Shown: positions 24,205-32,768 of the stretch, piece after piece
Position numbering within the stretch: the first letter of the stretch is position 1
Layout of the letters: each line of letters starts with the position of its first letter
Assembly (NCBI GenBank): GCA_963793695.1
Contig: CAWCBB010000028.1
Coordinates: forward strand, 657-64,656
Direction of reading: 5' to 3'
DNA: 64,000 nucleotides
Source of the DNA: an uncultured Acidobacteriota bacterium
GTDB taxonomy: Bacteria; Acidobacteriota; Thermoanaerobaculia; Gp7-AA8
Notes under the pieces: model-generated
Seen by the model: the letters and a program-made list of their open reading frames with translations, nothing else
Told to the model about the DNA's origin: nothing
The model's database searches: none
Program-made: the position numbers and the translations under genes

Positions 24205-25079
24205 TACACGAATCGACCGTCGGGCGACAGCGGGGCGAGCAGCCCTTCCCGCACCGCGGACGCGATCGCGGCGGCGCCGCGCAGGTCGAGCCGGACAGCC
24301 GACCGCGCGATCCGCCCCAGATCCTCCGCTACGAGCGCGGACCTGCGGCCGACCTCGGGGTGGAGGCGGTGGATCCAGTAGCGGTTCCTCACGCGCATCC
24401 GGTCGGCGCGCGGCTCGAGGCGCGCGCTTCTCGACCCGCCGTGGTGGGCGAGCGGCTCGCGGACGAGCGCGAGCCGCCACCCGCCGTTCCGGAGCCTGGC
24501 CGAGAGCTCCACGTCCTCGTAGTAGAGGACGAAGTCGGGATGGAGGACGAAGGGGCCGTACGCGACGTCGCGAAGCGCGCGCGTCCGGTAGAGCGCCGCC
24601 GTCGCGGAGATCCCCCACGGCTCCTTCACGCGATGCGCGATCTCCCCCACGGAGAAGCCGCGCCCTTCCTGCCGGTACGTCCCATCGTCGATGTTGATCC
24701 CGGCGCCGTCGACCGTGCCCTCGTCCGCCACGTTGATCGCCTGCGCCGCGGCGACGCCCGAATCGGCGATCGCCGTCAGGAGCCGCTCCGACCACTCCGG
24801 CTCGAGGCGGACGTCGCTGTTGATCCAGGCGACGAACGGCGCGTCGGTCAGGTACATCGCTTGGTTGATCCCGCCGGAAAACCCCAGGTTCTTCTCGGAG
24901 CGGTGGATGCGGATCGGAAGCGCCGTCGGCGCGATTCGCGAAGCCGTCGGGACGGCCGATCCGTTGTCCCAGACGATGACATTCCGAAACGGGATCGTCT
25001 GCGCCGCCATCGACGCCAGAAGCGCGTCGAGCATCGGACCTCCGTCGAGGTCGAGGACGATGGCGTCGATGGCATCCAT
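24204..25079 (-). CDS. Glycosyltransferase family 2
   Basis: IDAIVLDLDG, WDNGS, NLGFSGGINQ, INSDV and YYEDVEL. Confidence 0.75.
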   Translation of the reverse strand: MDAIDAIVLDLDGGPMLDALLASMAAQTIPFRNVIVWDNGSAVPTASRIAPTALPIRIHRSEKNLGFSGGINQAMYLTDAPFVAWINSDVRLEPEWSERLLTAIADSGVAAAQAINVADEGTVDGAGINIDDGTYRQEGRGFSVGEIAHRVKEPWGISATAALYRTRALRDVAYGPFVLHPDFVLYYEDVELSARLRNGGWRLALVREPLAHHGGSRSARLEPRADRMRVRNRYWIHRLHPEVGRRSALVAEDLGRIARSAVRLDLRGAAAIASAVREGLLAPLSPDGRFV

Positions 25080-25100
25080 TGTTGATCGCCGTTTGTCGTT

Positions 25101-25127
25101 GAATTGCAGATTGCAGATTGCAGATTA
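25101..25127. repeat. One-armed TGCAGAT array
   Basis: TGCAGAT x3 at 25105-25125, between the stop at 25125-25127 and the start at 25079. I see no inverted partner. Confidence 0.7.
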
Positions 25128-27187
25128 CCGATCCCGTTCGATGCGATCGAACGTGATCGCGCCGCGAGTCACGCGAATCGCGGGCCGTTGGTGCTGACGT
25201 TCAGTGGGAAGTTTGACGAAGCCGTCGCCCGTCGGCGGTACTTCGTGGATCCGGCCGTCGATCTCGAAAGACCCTCCATTCTCCGCGCGCACGTGGATCG
25301 TCGCGGGCCCCGGCTGCATGCGGAAGCGCATCGATTCGCCTTCGCCGAGCCGCCACCCTCCCGTGAAGCGGAAGCGCGCGACGGTCCAGATCTCCGGGTC
25401 GAGCAGGCCCTGGCGGTGATCGACGTGCACGTCTTCGAATTGAACCACGGAACCGGGGCGCAGCCCCGCCGCGAGGAAGAGCGTGAGCGCGAGAGCTGCG
25501 ACGATCGCGGCGGCGCGGCCTGTGGTGCGGGCGTCCGCCCGCCCAGGAGGGCGGCATCCCCCACCCGAGGCGGGCGAGACGCCCGCACCACACCGAACGC
25601 CACGATCGCGATGAGCAGCAGGATCGCCGCGGCCCACGCCGCGCCGTTCGGCCGGATGAAGCTCGGCAGCAGCCGCGAGAAATCGCTTCCGAAACGGATC
25701 GACAGCCATTCGCCGAGCACCGACTCGCCGCTCGCGATGTGGAAGAGGCGCCAGGGGAACGCGACGCCGTGGACGGCGAGGAGCGCGGTCCAGACCGCGA
25801 CGGGCGCGAGCCATGCGCGCGTCCGCTCGAGCAGCGCGCCCGCGGAGACCGCGACCAGCGGCGCGAACACGACCAGATAGCGCAGCGGCGGCGACCAGCC
25901 GCCATGCCACTCTTCGCGCGGCAGGAGGAGGATCAGATACGGGACAGCGGCGATCGAAGCTGCACGGATCGCGAAGTGACTCGTTCTCCGTTCTCCGTTC
26001 TCCGTTCTCCGCGGCAGGGGCTCGTCTTGCGCCGACGGAACGGCGTTTGCGCCGGAGAACGGAGAACGGAGAACGGAGAACGCCTTTGTGAGAGCAGCAA
26101 CGAGTGCCGCGAACCAGACAGGCGCTTGCAGCAGCATCCCCGCCTGCCCGTCGAGGAGCAGCCCGAACATGCCGCGCGCGTATTTCCAGAGCGACGCCGG
26201 CGCGAGCTCACTCCACCGATGCACCTGGAGAGGGTTGCCGACCAGGAGCCAGCCGCCGAGGAGCGGAAGGGCGACGACCGCCGCGAGCGCGAGCGCGAGT
26301 TTCCGCGCGCCTCGGTCGGAGATCACGACGACGAGCGCGAACACGGCCGCGATCGCCATGAAGCGGAGTTGCAGGAGCGAGAGAGCGACGAGCCACGCCG
26401 CCAGCCGGCCGTACTTCCGCTTCCCCGCGGCCCGCATCGCTTCGCTCAGGCAGAGGGCTCCCGGAACCTCCGGCCAGATGCGCACCGCGTAGAAAAGGAA
26501 GGGAGGGGCGAACGCGAGGAGCGGCCAGAGGCGAAGCGCCGCCTTGCGGGAAACGCCGTGCTCCTCGGTGAGCGCGAAAATCGATCCGACGGCGGCCGCG
26601 CCGAGGAGCGCGATCGTCGCCATGGCGCCCCATAGGCCGCCGAGGGCGACCCCCGGGACGAGCAGGAGCGGCAGGAACGGCTCGTGCCGCGCGTAGATCT
26701 CCCCCGCCGGCCCGACGGGATCGAACGGCTGCGGCTGGAGATCCAACCGCTGCGTCGCGGACCGCTCGAGGTGCGCGTACTGGTTCGCGAGATCGAGATC
26801 GCGGTCGTGAAGGATCGACTCCGCGATCAGCACGTAGTACGGCTCGTCGCCGTCGATCGGCCAGGCGAGCGTCTCGGTTCCCACGATCAGGAAGATCGCG
26901 GCGGCGAAGACCGCGGCCGCGCGCGGCGACCACCGCACTTCGCCTGCGGGAACGAGCGCGCACCAGAGAAGGAAGTGCGCGAGCTTCGCCGCGACGACGA
27001 TCGCGAGGAGAAGCGAGGGGGCTAGATGGACCCCGAGCGCGCCGGCGGAAGCGAGGGAGCCGCCGAGGGCGACCCACGTCGCCACGTCGGAGATCACGAA
27101 GCGGCGGCGATGGAGAGGGAGAAACCAGTGCGGCGCGGCGCTGATCAGCGCCGCGAAAAGGATGAGGAGGATCTGCTCGCGCGTCAT
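25125..27187 (-). CDS. Large polytopic GT-C-like (ArnT/PMT_2-like) membrane glycosyltransferase, frame switched at a REP doublet
   Basis: More than 12 hydrophobic segments and a DGDEPYYVLIAESIL first-loop motif. ORF 25169..27187 is protein-like down to the REP doublet at 25522-25591. Downstream of it, the protein-like frame is that of ORF 25125..25910 (..VVQFEDVHVDHRQGLLDPEIW..). The gene also contains the 99-nt GGAGAAC palindrome at 25983-26081 in frame. Confidence 0.6.
25522..25591. repeat. REP-A doublet inside the GT-C gene, 70 nt, coincident with the frame switch
   Basis: The first hairpin reads GCGGGCGTCCGCCCGC, one nt shorter than GCGGGCGTCTCGCCCGC in the other copies. Confidence 0.85.
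25983..26081. repeat. Tandem-repeat-armed palindrome, GGAGAAC family, inside a CDS
   Basis: GTTCTCC x4 (25983-26010), a 43-nt core, then GGAGAAC x4 (26054-26081). The total is 99 nt, or 33 codons, read through in frame as SVLRSPFSGANAVPSAQDEPLPRRTENGERR. Confidence 0.9.
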
Positions 27188-28923
27188 CGCGGCGCGACCT
27201 CCATCCTCTCGATCTGGAGGCGCGCTCCGGGCGGGAGCGCGCGGTCGGCCGCGACGATCATCCTGCCGATCGGCCGTTCGAGGCGGACCCGCAGCCGCCC
27301 CTCGCCGCGCAGCGACGCCTCGCGACCTTCACCGCCGATCGTCCATCCCGGACTCCGCGGCAGAGGATTCCGCGTGCGGAAGAGATCGCCGCTTCGAAAG
27401 GCGCCCCAGTCGGCGATCTCGCCGGCGCGGATCGGCCGCGCCCAGGCCTCCCCCGCCGCGTCGACGACGTCGAGGCGCCCGAGGAGCGTTCCCTCGTCGA
27501 GGCCGGAGATGTTGGCGCCCGAGATGATCACGTCGATCGCCCGGCTCTCGAGCGGCGGCTCGAGGACGAACGACTCCCCGGCGGCGATCGAAGTGAGGAC
27601 CGGCTCGACGTGTCGCGGCTCCTCGGGGAGGACGATGATGAAAACGACGAATGAGGCCGCAGCGATCGCGGACGCTGCGATCGTGGGGTGCGGGCGTCCC
27701 GCCCGCCCCCGGGTGGGGGAGGAGGCCCACGCCACCGCGATCGCCGCGACGATCGCGAACGGCACCCAGAGCTCGCGATCCGCAAAGAGCGGAAACGCGG
27801 CCGCCGCGGCGCCGCTCCACGCGGAGAGGGCGATCGCGCAGAAGAGGAGCGCGCCGGTGACGGCCGCGGCCCGTGACGCACGCGGCGACTCGCGCCGCGA
27901 CAAGACGAGGAGCGCCATCAGCGCGAGCAGCAGCGCCGGATGCGGGCGCGCGAACAGCGAGAGCGCGAAGAGGAGCGCCGCCGCGACACGCTGCCACCAT
28001 TCCGCGGGCGCGAACAAAGCCCCCGGCGCGAACCCGGCGCCGGCGATGGCCCCGGCCGCGCGGCTCGCCGTCAGCGCCGGGATGGCGATCATCGCCGCAG
28101 GGACCGGCTGCGCCGGTCCGTTTCTCCTTCGAAGAAACGTCGCCCCCGCCCGTGCCGCGAGGACGACCGCGACGCCTGCCGCCATCCACCTGCCGACGAC
28201 GAGCGCGAGAACCAGCGACGCGACCCCGAATGCAATCGCAGGGGCGCTCCGCGGGCGCCCGGAATCGCGGACCGCGAAGAACGCCAGCGCGATCGCCACC
28301 GGGATCAGCGCAGCGTCCCACGGCGCCAGCGGCGTCGCGAGGGCGATCGCGACGATGAGGAAGAAAGCCGCGAGCGACACCCCGGGTGGGGTGCGGGCGT
28401 CCTCGCCCGCCCCCGGGCGGGGGGATTCCGCGACCGCCCAGCCAGAGGCGGGCGAGGACGCCCGCACCCCACCGGTCCCTACGACCAGCGCCACGGTCCC
28501 CGCTGCCAGCAGAAGGAGCGGCGGAACCACGCTCCCGTCGAACGGAAACGCCCGCGTCGCCACGACGAGCAACGCGAGCGCGATCGCGCGCCCCTGCGGC
28601 ACCGTCCCCTCACGCGCGACGTCGACGACCGCGATCGCGAATGCCGTCGCAAGGAGAACGCCGTAGACGAGGTGCCGCGCGGGATCCGCCGGGATCGCGA
28701 TCGCCGCGCCGAGGATCAGCGGGATCGTCAGCGCGATCCATTGCGCCGCCCCCTCCGAGACCGCGATCGCGCCCGCGACCGACGCGAGAAACACCCAGTA
28801 CGGCAGAGCGGCGTCGGTGCCGCTCGTGAACCCGGCCAGCCGGGCCACCGCGAACGCGAGGGCGCAGCCGGCCAGAGCGAGGAGAAAGGCGCCGGGTCCA
28901 CGATTCGCCGTCACGTCCGGCAC
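27184..28923 (-). CDS. Polytopic membrane protein with C-terminal soluble domain (polymerase/ligase-like role possible)
   Basis: 579-aa ORF with a GTG start and ~12 hydrophobic segments. The stop overlaps the next start (ATGA). It contains three in-frame REP insertions (27685-27746, 28097-28127, 28385-28473). Confidence 0.5.
   Translation of the reverse strand: MPDVTANRGPGAFLLALAGCALAFAVARLAGFTSGTDAALPYWVFLASVAGAIAVSEGAAQWIALTIPLILGAAIAIPADPARHLVYGVLLATAFAIAVVDVAREGTVPQGRAIALALLVVATRAFPFDGSVVPPLLLLAAGTVALVVGTGGVRASSPASGWAVAESPRPGAGEDARTPPGVSLAAFFLIVAIALATPLAPWDAALIPVAIALAFFAVRDSGRPRSAPAIAFGVASLVLALVVGRWMAAGVAVVLAARAGATFLRRRNGPAQPVPAAMIAIPALTASRAAGAIAGAGFAPGALFAPAEWWQRVAAALLFALSLFARPHPALLLALMALLVLSRRESPRASRAAAVTGALLFCAIALSAWSGAAAAAFPLFADRELWVPFAIVAAIAVAWASSPTRGRAGRPHPTIAASAIAAASFVVFIIVLPEEPRHVEPVLTSIAAGESFVLEPPLESRAIDVIISGANISGLDEGTLLGRLDVVDAAGEAWARPIRAGEIADWGAFRSGDLFRTRNPLPRSPGWTIGGEGREASLRGEGRLRVRLERPIGRMIVAADRALPPGARLQIERMEVAPR
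27685..27746. repeat. REP-A copy with adjacent degenerate partner, inside a CDS
   Basis: GGGGTGCGGGCGTCCCGCCCGCCCCC followed by GGGTGGGGGAGGAGGCCCACGCCACC. Confidence 0.7.
28097..28127 (+). repeat. REP (GCAG variant) inside a CDS
   Basis: GCAGGGACCGGC TGC GCCGGTCCGTTTCTCC. Confidence 0.8.
28385..28473. repeat. REP-A doublet inside a CDS
   Basis: GGTGGGGTGCGGGCGTCCTCGCCCGCCCCC ... GAGGCGGGCGAGGACGCCCGCACCCCACC, read through as GVRASSPASGWAVAESPRPGAGEDARTPP. Confidence 0.85.
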
Positions 28924-28941
28924 TCGAGAGAGTCAGAAGAC

Positions 28942-29052
28942 AAATGCAAAATGCAAAATGCAAAATGCAAAGTCCAAGAAAGGGTCGAGGATCCTGGCGT
29001 CGAAACCCTTTTTGCATTTGTCATTTTGCATTCTGCATTTTGCATTTCTTCT
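28942..29052. repeat. Tandem-repeat-armed palindrome, AT-rich AAATGCA family
   Basis: AAATGCA x4 at 28942-28969. The inverted TTTGCAT TTGTCAT TTTGCAT TCTGCAT TTTGCAT lies at 29011-29045. The core holds the hairpin AAAGGGT..ACCCTTT. Confidence 0.9.
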
Positions 29053-29067
29053 TTCTCACCACCTTAT

Positions 29068-29961
29068 TTACGTGCGAGGCCCCGCCTCCGTCGGGTTTCT
29101 CACCCACTCCGGATCGAAGCCCGCCACGGTCTCCTCGGTCATCTCGCCGCGATAGACCACGCGCGCGTCCCCGCTCAGGCGGATCGCCTCGGGCAGCAGC
29201 TCGACCTCGAGCGTGATCCCGCTCCGCGTCAGCACGTGCAGCGGCGAGGTCGCCTTCCCCAGGCGCGCGCTCATCGAAGAGGAGGCGACCACGCCGGACC
29301 CGCACGAGAGCGTCTCCCCCTCGACTCCCCGCTCCCACGTCCGGACCGCGATCTCGCCCTTCCCCGTCACGCGCACGAAATTCACGTTCGCCCCCGCCGG
29401 AAGATCGGCATGGTGGCGGATCTCCCGCCCGATCGGGTCGATGTCCATCGACCAGAGGTCCCCCTCGACGAAGATCACGTAATGCGGCACCCCGACCATC
29501 AGATACGAGCCCAGGGCCGTGGATCCGTCCGCGAGGCGCAGCGGCCGCGCCTCCGCGACCTCCGTCGGCGGCGGGAGCGTGAGCGTCACCCGCTCGCCCT
29601 CGACCCTCGCCGGGACGATCGCGTATCCCGTCTCGATCGTCATCTCCGCCGGCGCCATCCCTTCGAGGAAGGCGGCCCGGGCGGCGCAGCGGGTCCCGTT
29701 CGCGCAGAAGTCCGCGAGGCTGCCGTCGGCGTTGTGGTAGACCATTCGTACGCTCGCCCGCTCGGAGGGCCGCAGCAGGATGATCCCGTCCCCCCCGACC
29801 GAGAGCCGCCGGGTCGTGAGTCTGCGCGCCAGCCCGGTCGGGTCCCCGAGCGCCTCCGCCCGGTCGTCGAAGACGGCGAAGTCGTTTCCTCCCCCCGCCA
29901 TCTTCAGAAAGCGCTTCGGGAGGGAACCCGATGAAGGGACGCGATTTGCGGTTCTGGCCAT
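29068..29961 (-). CDS. dapF: Diaminopimelate epimerase
   Basis: FLKMAGGGNDFAVFD, CANGTRC and SCGSGVVA (the two catalytic Cys motifs). Confidence 0.85.
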   Translation of the reverse strand: MARTANRVPSSGSLPKRFLKMAGGGNDFAVFDDRAEALGDPTGLARRLTTRRLSVGGDGIILLRPSERASVRMVYHNADGSLADFCANGTRCAARAAFLEGMAPAEMTIETGYAIVPARVEGERVTLTLPPPTEVAEARPLRLADGSTALGSYLMVGVPHYVIFVEGDLWSMDIDPIGREIRHHADLPAGANVNFVRVTGKGEIAVRTWERGVEGETLSCGSGVVASSSMSARLGKATSPLHVLTRSGITLEVELLPEAIRLSGDARVVYRGEMTEETVAGFDPEWVRNPTEAGPRT

Positions 29962-29962
29962 C

Positions 29963-29976
29963 GTGAAATTTTTCAC
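29963..29976. promoter_or_regulatory. Perfect 14-nt palindrome GTGAAATTTTTCAC (CRP/FNR-family-like GTGA-N6-TCAC)
   Basis: It lies in the divergent dapF / VWA spacer, 2 nt from the dapF ATG. It is AT-rich in a GC-rich context. Confidence 0.3.
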
Positions 29977-30130
29977 CTCGTGCGGACGCTTGGAACCGGC
30001 GATTCTGGTGGGCGCGCGTTCCGGGCGGGGAGCGTACCTTTTTGCCTCTCCCGTGCGTCGAAAGAGTCGGGCGCCCTTCAGCCGGAAGTCTGATCGAAGC
30101 TCCCGAGTTGCGCAACACCGCTCGTCCACG

Positions 30131-31834
30131 ATGGAGGTCCGCCGCTTGAAACTCGTCATCTCGCTCCCTCTCGCCCTCTCGCTTCTCCTCCCCTTCTCCC
30201 TGGCCGCCCAGGAGCAGCCCGAACAGGCGCAGAGCGAAGTTCCCCGCCTCATCGAGACGGTCGACGTCCGCGTCATCAACGTCGACGTCGTCGTCACCGA
30301 CCGTAAGGGGAACGCGGTCACCGGCCTCACCAGGGACGACTTCATCATTTACGAGAACGGCCGCCCGCAGAAGGTCAGCAACTTCTACGAGGTCGTGACG
30401 CGCACCGACCACCCCGAGGAACCGCAGATCCGCTCCGAGGAGTCTTCCGAGCTGCGCGCTCCGGAGCAGCCGGAGCAGCTGCGGCGGAAGATCGTCATCT
30501 TCATCGACAACCTCTCGCTCGCCCCCTTCAACCGGAACCGCGTCTTCACGGCGATGAAGAAGTTCGTCAACGAGACGCTGCGGCCGGGCGACCTCGCGAT
30601 GGTCGTGACCTGGAACCGCAGCATGAAGGTGCGCCTCCCTTTCACGGGTGACGCGAAGCAGATCGAGCAGACGCTCGACGCGATCGCCGGCGAGAGCGCT
30701 CTCGGCATCCAGCAGATCAGCGACCGCCGCCAGATCCAGAGCCAGATTCGCGACGCGAAGCGGTTCGAGGAAGCCGTGGCCGCGGCGCGCGGGTACTCGC
30801 AGGCCCTCGAGCACGACCTCCGGCAGACCGTCCGCGAGATCAACGCCCTGATGGCCACCCTCGGCGGCGTCGAGGGAAAGAAGATCATGCTCGTCACGAG
30901 CGAAGGCTTCCAGATGCAGCCGGGGCGCGAGCTCTTCTACTTCATCGACGACATCGGCCGCGAAAAGGAGAGCTGGATGGGCGTCGGCTCCACGTTCCTC
31001 GAGTCGATGTCGTTCAATCTGACCAATCAGATCGAGTCGATCGCCCGCTCCGCGAACTCGAACAACATCACGCTCTACACGCTGCACGCGGGCGGCCTGA
31101 TGGGCTTCAACGAGGGGTCGGCCGAAAACCAGCAGCCCGTCTCCGCGAGCGTGCAGCAGGCCGCGCTCTCCAACAGCACCGACTCGCTCCGGATGATGGC
31201 CGACCTCACGGGCGGCCTCGCCGTCGTCGGGACGAACAACTTCGGCGCCGCGTTCGATCGCATCGCGCAGGACATCTCCTCGTACTACTCGCTCGGCTAC
31301 CGCTCCGGGACCGAGCGCGTCGACCGCCAGCGCTCGCTCGAGGTGAAGACGAGGAACCCGCAGTACCTCGTCCGCTCCCGCCGCAGCTTCGTCGAGAAAT
31401 CGGTCAACAGCGAGATGAGCGACAAGGTCATCGCGAACCTCTTCTACGAGAGCTCCCTGAACGATCTCGGCATCGTCATCCGGACCGGCCCGCCGCGCCA
31501 GCAGGACAACGGAACGTTTCTCGTCCCGCTCGAGACCCTCATCCCGATCGACCGCCTCACCCTCCTCCCGCGCGGCGACGAGTACGTCGGCAGCTTCGCC
31601 ATCTACATCGTCGTCTCCGACAAGAACGGCGACATGTCCGAGGTCCAGAGGCAGAGCCACCAGGTGCGCGTCCCCGCCGCCAAGATGGGCGGGCTGAAGG
31701 GGCAGCACTACACGTTCGCCCTCGACCTGGTGATGAACCCGGGGCGCGGGAAGATCTCGGTCGGCCTCGCGGACGAGGTCACGAACGCGACCGGCTTCCG
31801 GACGACCGAGCTGGTCGCGCGGGACCTCCGCTAG
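30131..31834 (+). CDS. VWA domain-containing secreted protein (TIGR03436 'acidobacterial VWFA-related' type)
   Basis: Signal peptide MEVRRLKLVISLPLALSLLLPFSLAAQ, followed by VDVRVINVDVVVTDRKGNAVTGLTRDDFIIYENGRPQKVSNF and VIFIDNLS (the VWA MIDAS region). Confidence 0.8.
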   Translation: MEVRRLKLVISLPLALSLLLPFSLAAQEQPEQAQSEVPRLIETVDVRVINVDVVVTDRKGNAVTGLTRDDFIIYENGRPQKVSNFYEVVTRTDHPEEPQIRSEESSELRAPEQPEQLRRKIVIFIDNLSLAPFNRNRVFTAMKKFVNETLRPGDLAMVVTWNRSMKVRLPFTGDAKQIEQTLDAIAGESALGIQQISDRRQIQSQIRDAKRFEEAVAAARGYSQALEHDLRQTVREINALMATLGGVEGKKIMLVTSEGFQMQPGRELFYFIDDIGREKESWMGVGSTFLESMSFNLTNQIESIARSANSNNITLYTLHAGGLMGFNEGSAENQQPVSASVQQAALSNSTDSLRMMADLTGGLAVVGTNNFGAAFDRIAQDISSYYSLGYRSGTERVDRQRSLEVKTRNPQYLVRSRRSFVEKSVNSEMSDKVIANLFYESSLNDLGIVIRTGPPRQQDNGTFLVPLETLIPIDRLTLLPRGDEYVGSFAIYIVVSDKNGDMSEVQRQSHQVRVPAAKMGGLKGQHYTFALDLVMNPGRGKISVGLADEVTNATGFRTTELVARDLR

Positions 31835-31844
31835 CAGGCCGACC

Positions 31845-32588
31845 GTGCGCGTTCTCCTGACGCTGCAATACCTCGGCACGCGCTACGCCGGGTGGCAGTC
31901 GCAGGAGAACGCGCTCGCGGTCCAGCAGGTCGTCGAGGCCGCTCTCGGCACGCTCTGCCGCGAGCCGGTCCGCGTCGTCGGCGCCAGCCGCACCGACGCG
32001 GGCGTTCACGCCGAGGATCAGAAGGCGCACTTCGACCTGCCGATCCCCATCGGTCTCCGGGGCCTCCTCCTCGGGCTCAACGACCTGCTGCCGAGAGACG
32101 TCCGCGCGATCGCGGCGCGCGAGGTCGCGCCCGACTTCCACGCGCAGCATCGCGCGATCGCGAAGACCTACCGCTATCAGATCTGGAACGGGGAGATCGC
32201 CGACGTCTTCCGCGCCGCGACCTGGGCTCACGTCCGCGCGCCCCTCGAGCTGGGGCTGATGATCGAAGCCTCGCGCGCCCTGGTCGGGCCGCACGACTTC
32301 CGCGCATTCACCGTCGTGGAGCCGGAGGTCGCCTCGACCGAGCGGGCGATCGACGGCCTCGAGCTGAGCGGGGAGGGCCCGGCCATCACCATGCGCGTGA
32401 CGGCCGCGGGCTTCCTCCGCTACATGGTCAGACGCATCGCCGGCCAGCTCATCGAGATCGGCCGGGGCAAGCTGCCGGTCGACGCGGCCGCCGCCGCCCT
32501 CGAGCCGACCTTCGCCGAAGCGCGCTGGACCGCGCCGCCGGAGGGGCTGGTCCTCGAGCGGGTCCGTTATGAGGACGAGGACGAATGA
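31845..32588 (+). CDS. truA: tRNA pseudouridine(38-40) synthase
   Basis: GASRTDAGVHA catalytic motif. 247 aa with a GTG start. Confidence 0.9.
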   Translation: MRVLLTLQYLGTRYAGWQSQENALAVQQVVEAALGTLCREPVRVVGASRTDAGVHAEDQKAHFDLPIPIGLRGLLLGLNDLLPRDVRAIAAREVAPDFHAQHRAIAKTYRYQIWNGEIADVFRAATWAHVRAPLELGLMIEASRALVGPHDFRAFTVVEPEVASTERAIDGLELSGEGPAITMRVTAAGFLRYMVRRIAGQLIEIGRGKLPVDAAAAALEPTFAEARWTAPPEGLVLERVRYEDEDE

Positions 32589-32733
32589 GTCCAGGAGTCC
32601 AGGAATCTAAGAGTCTTGGCGTCCGAAATTCAGCGTCCGCGATGCGGATCGGACCGTTTCGGGGCGTCCCGATTGCTGCATTCAGGTGCTGACCGCCGAC
32701 TCCCAGACGCCAAGACTCGTGGACTCCCGACTG
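32587..32733. repeat. Tandem-repeat-armed palindrome, octamer GAGTCCAG family
   Basis: 5 octamers at 32587-32626, starting inside the truA stop codon. 5 inverted octamers lie at 32694-32733. Confidence 0.85.
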
Positions 32734-32768
32734 CCGTTAACCGCTGTGCTAACATTCATTTCCCGACG

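Noticed and set aside
29021-31879. A 952-aa minus-strand ORF, and similar long antisense ORFs (8108..10057, 35569..37398, 16532..18331, 27026..28666, 27940..29934, 39829..42249, 11154..13079).
   Set aside because: All lie opposite or out of frame to genes with clear family motifs. They have the extreme Arg/Gly/Asp/Pro composition expected of stop-poor alternative frames at ~70% GC.
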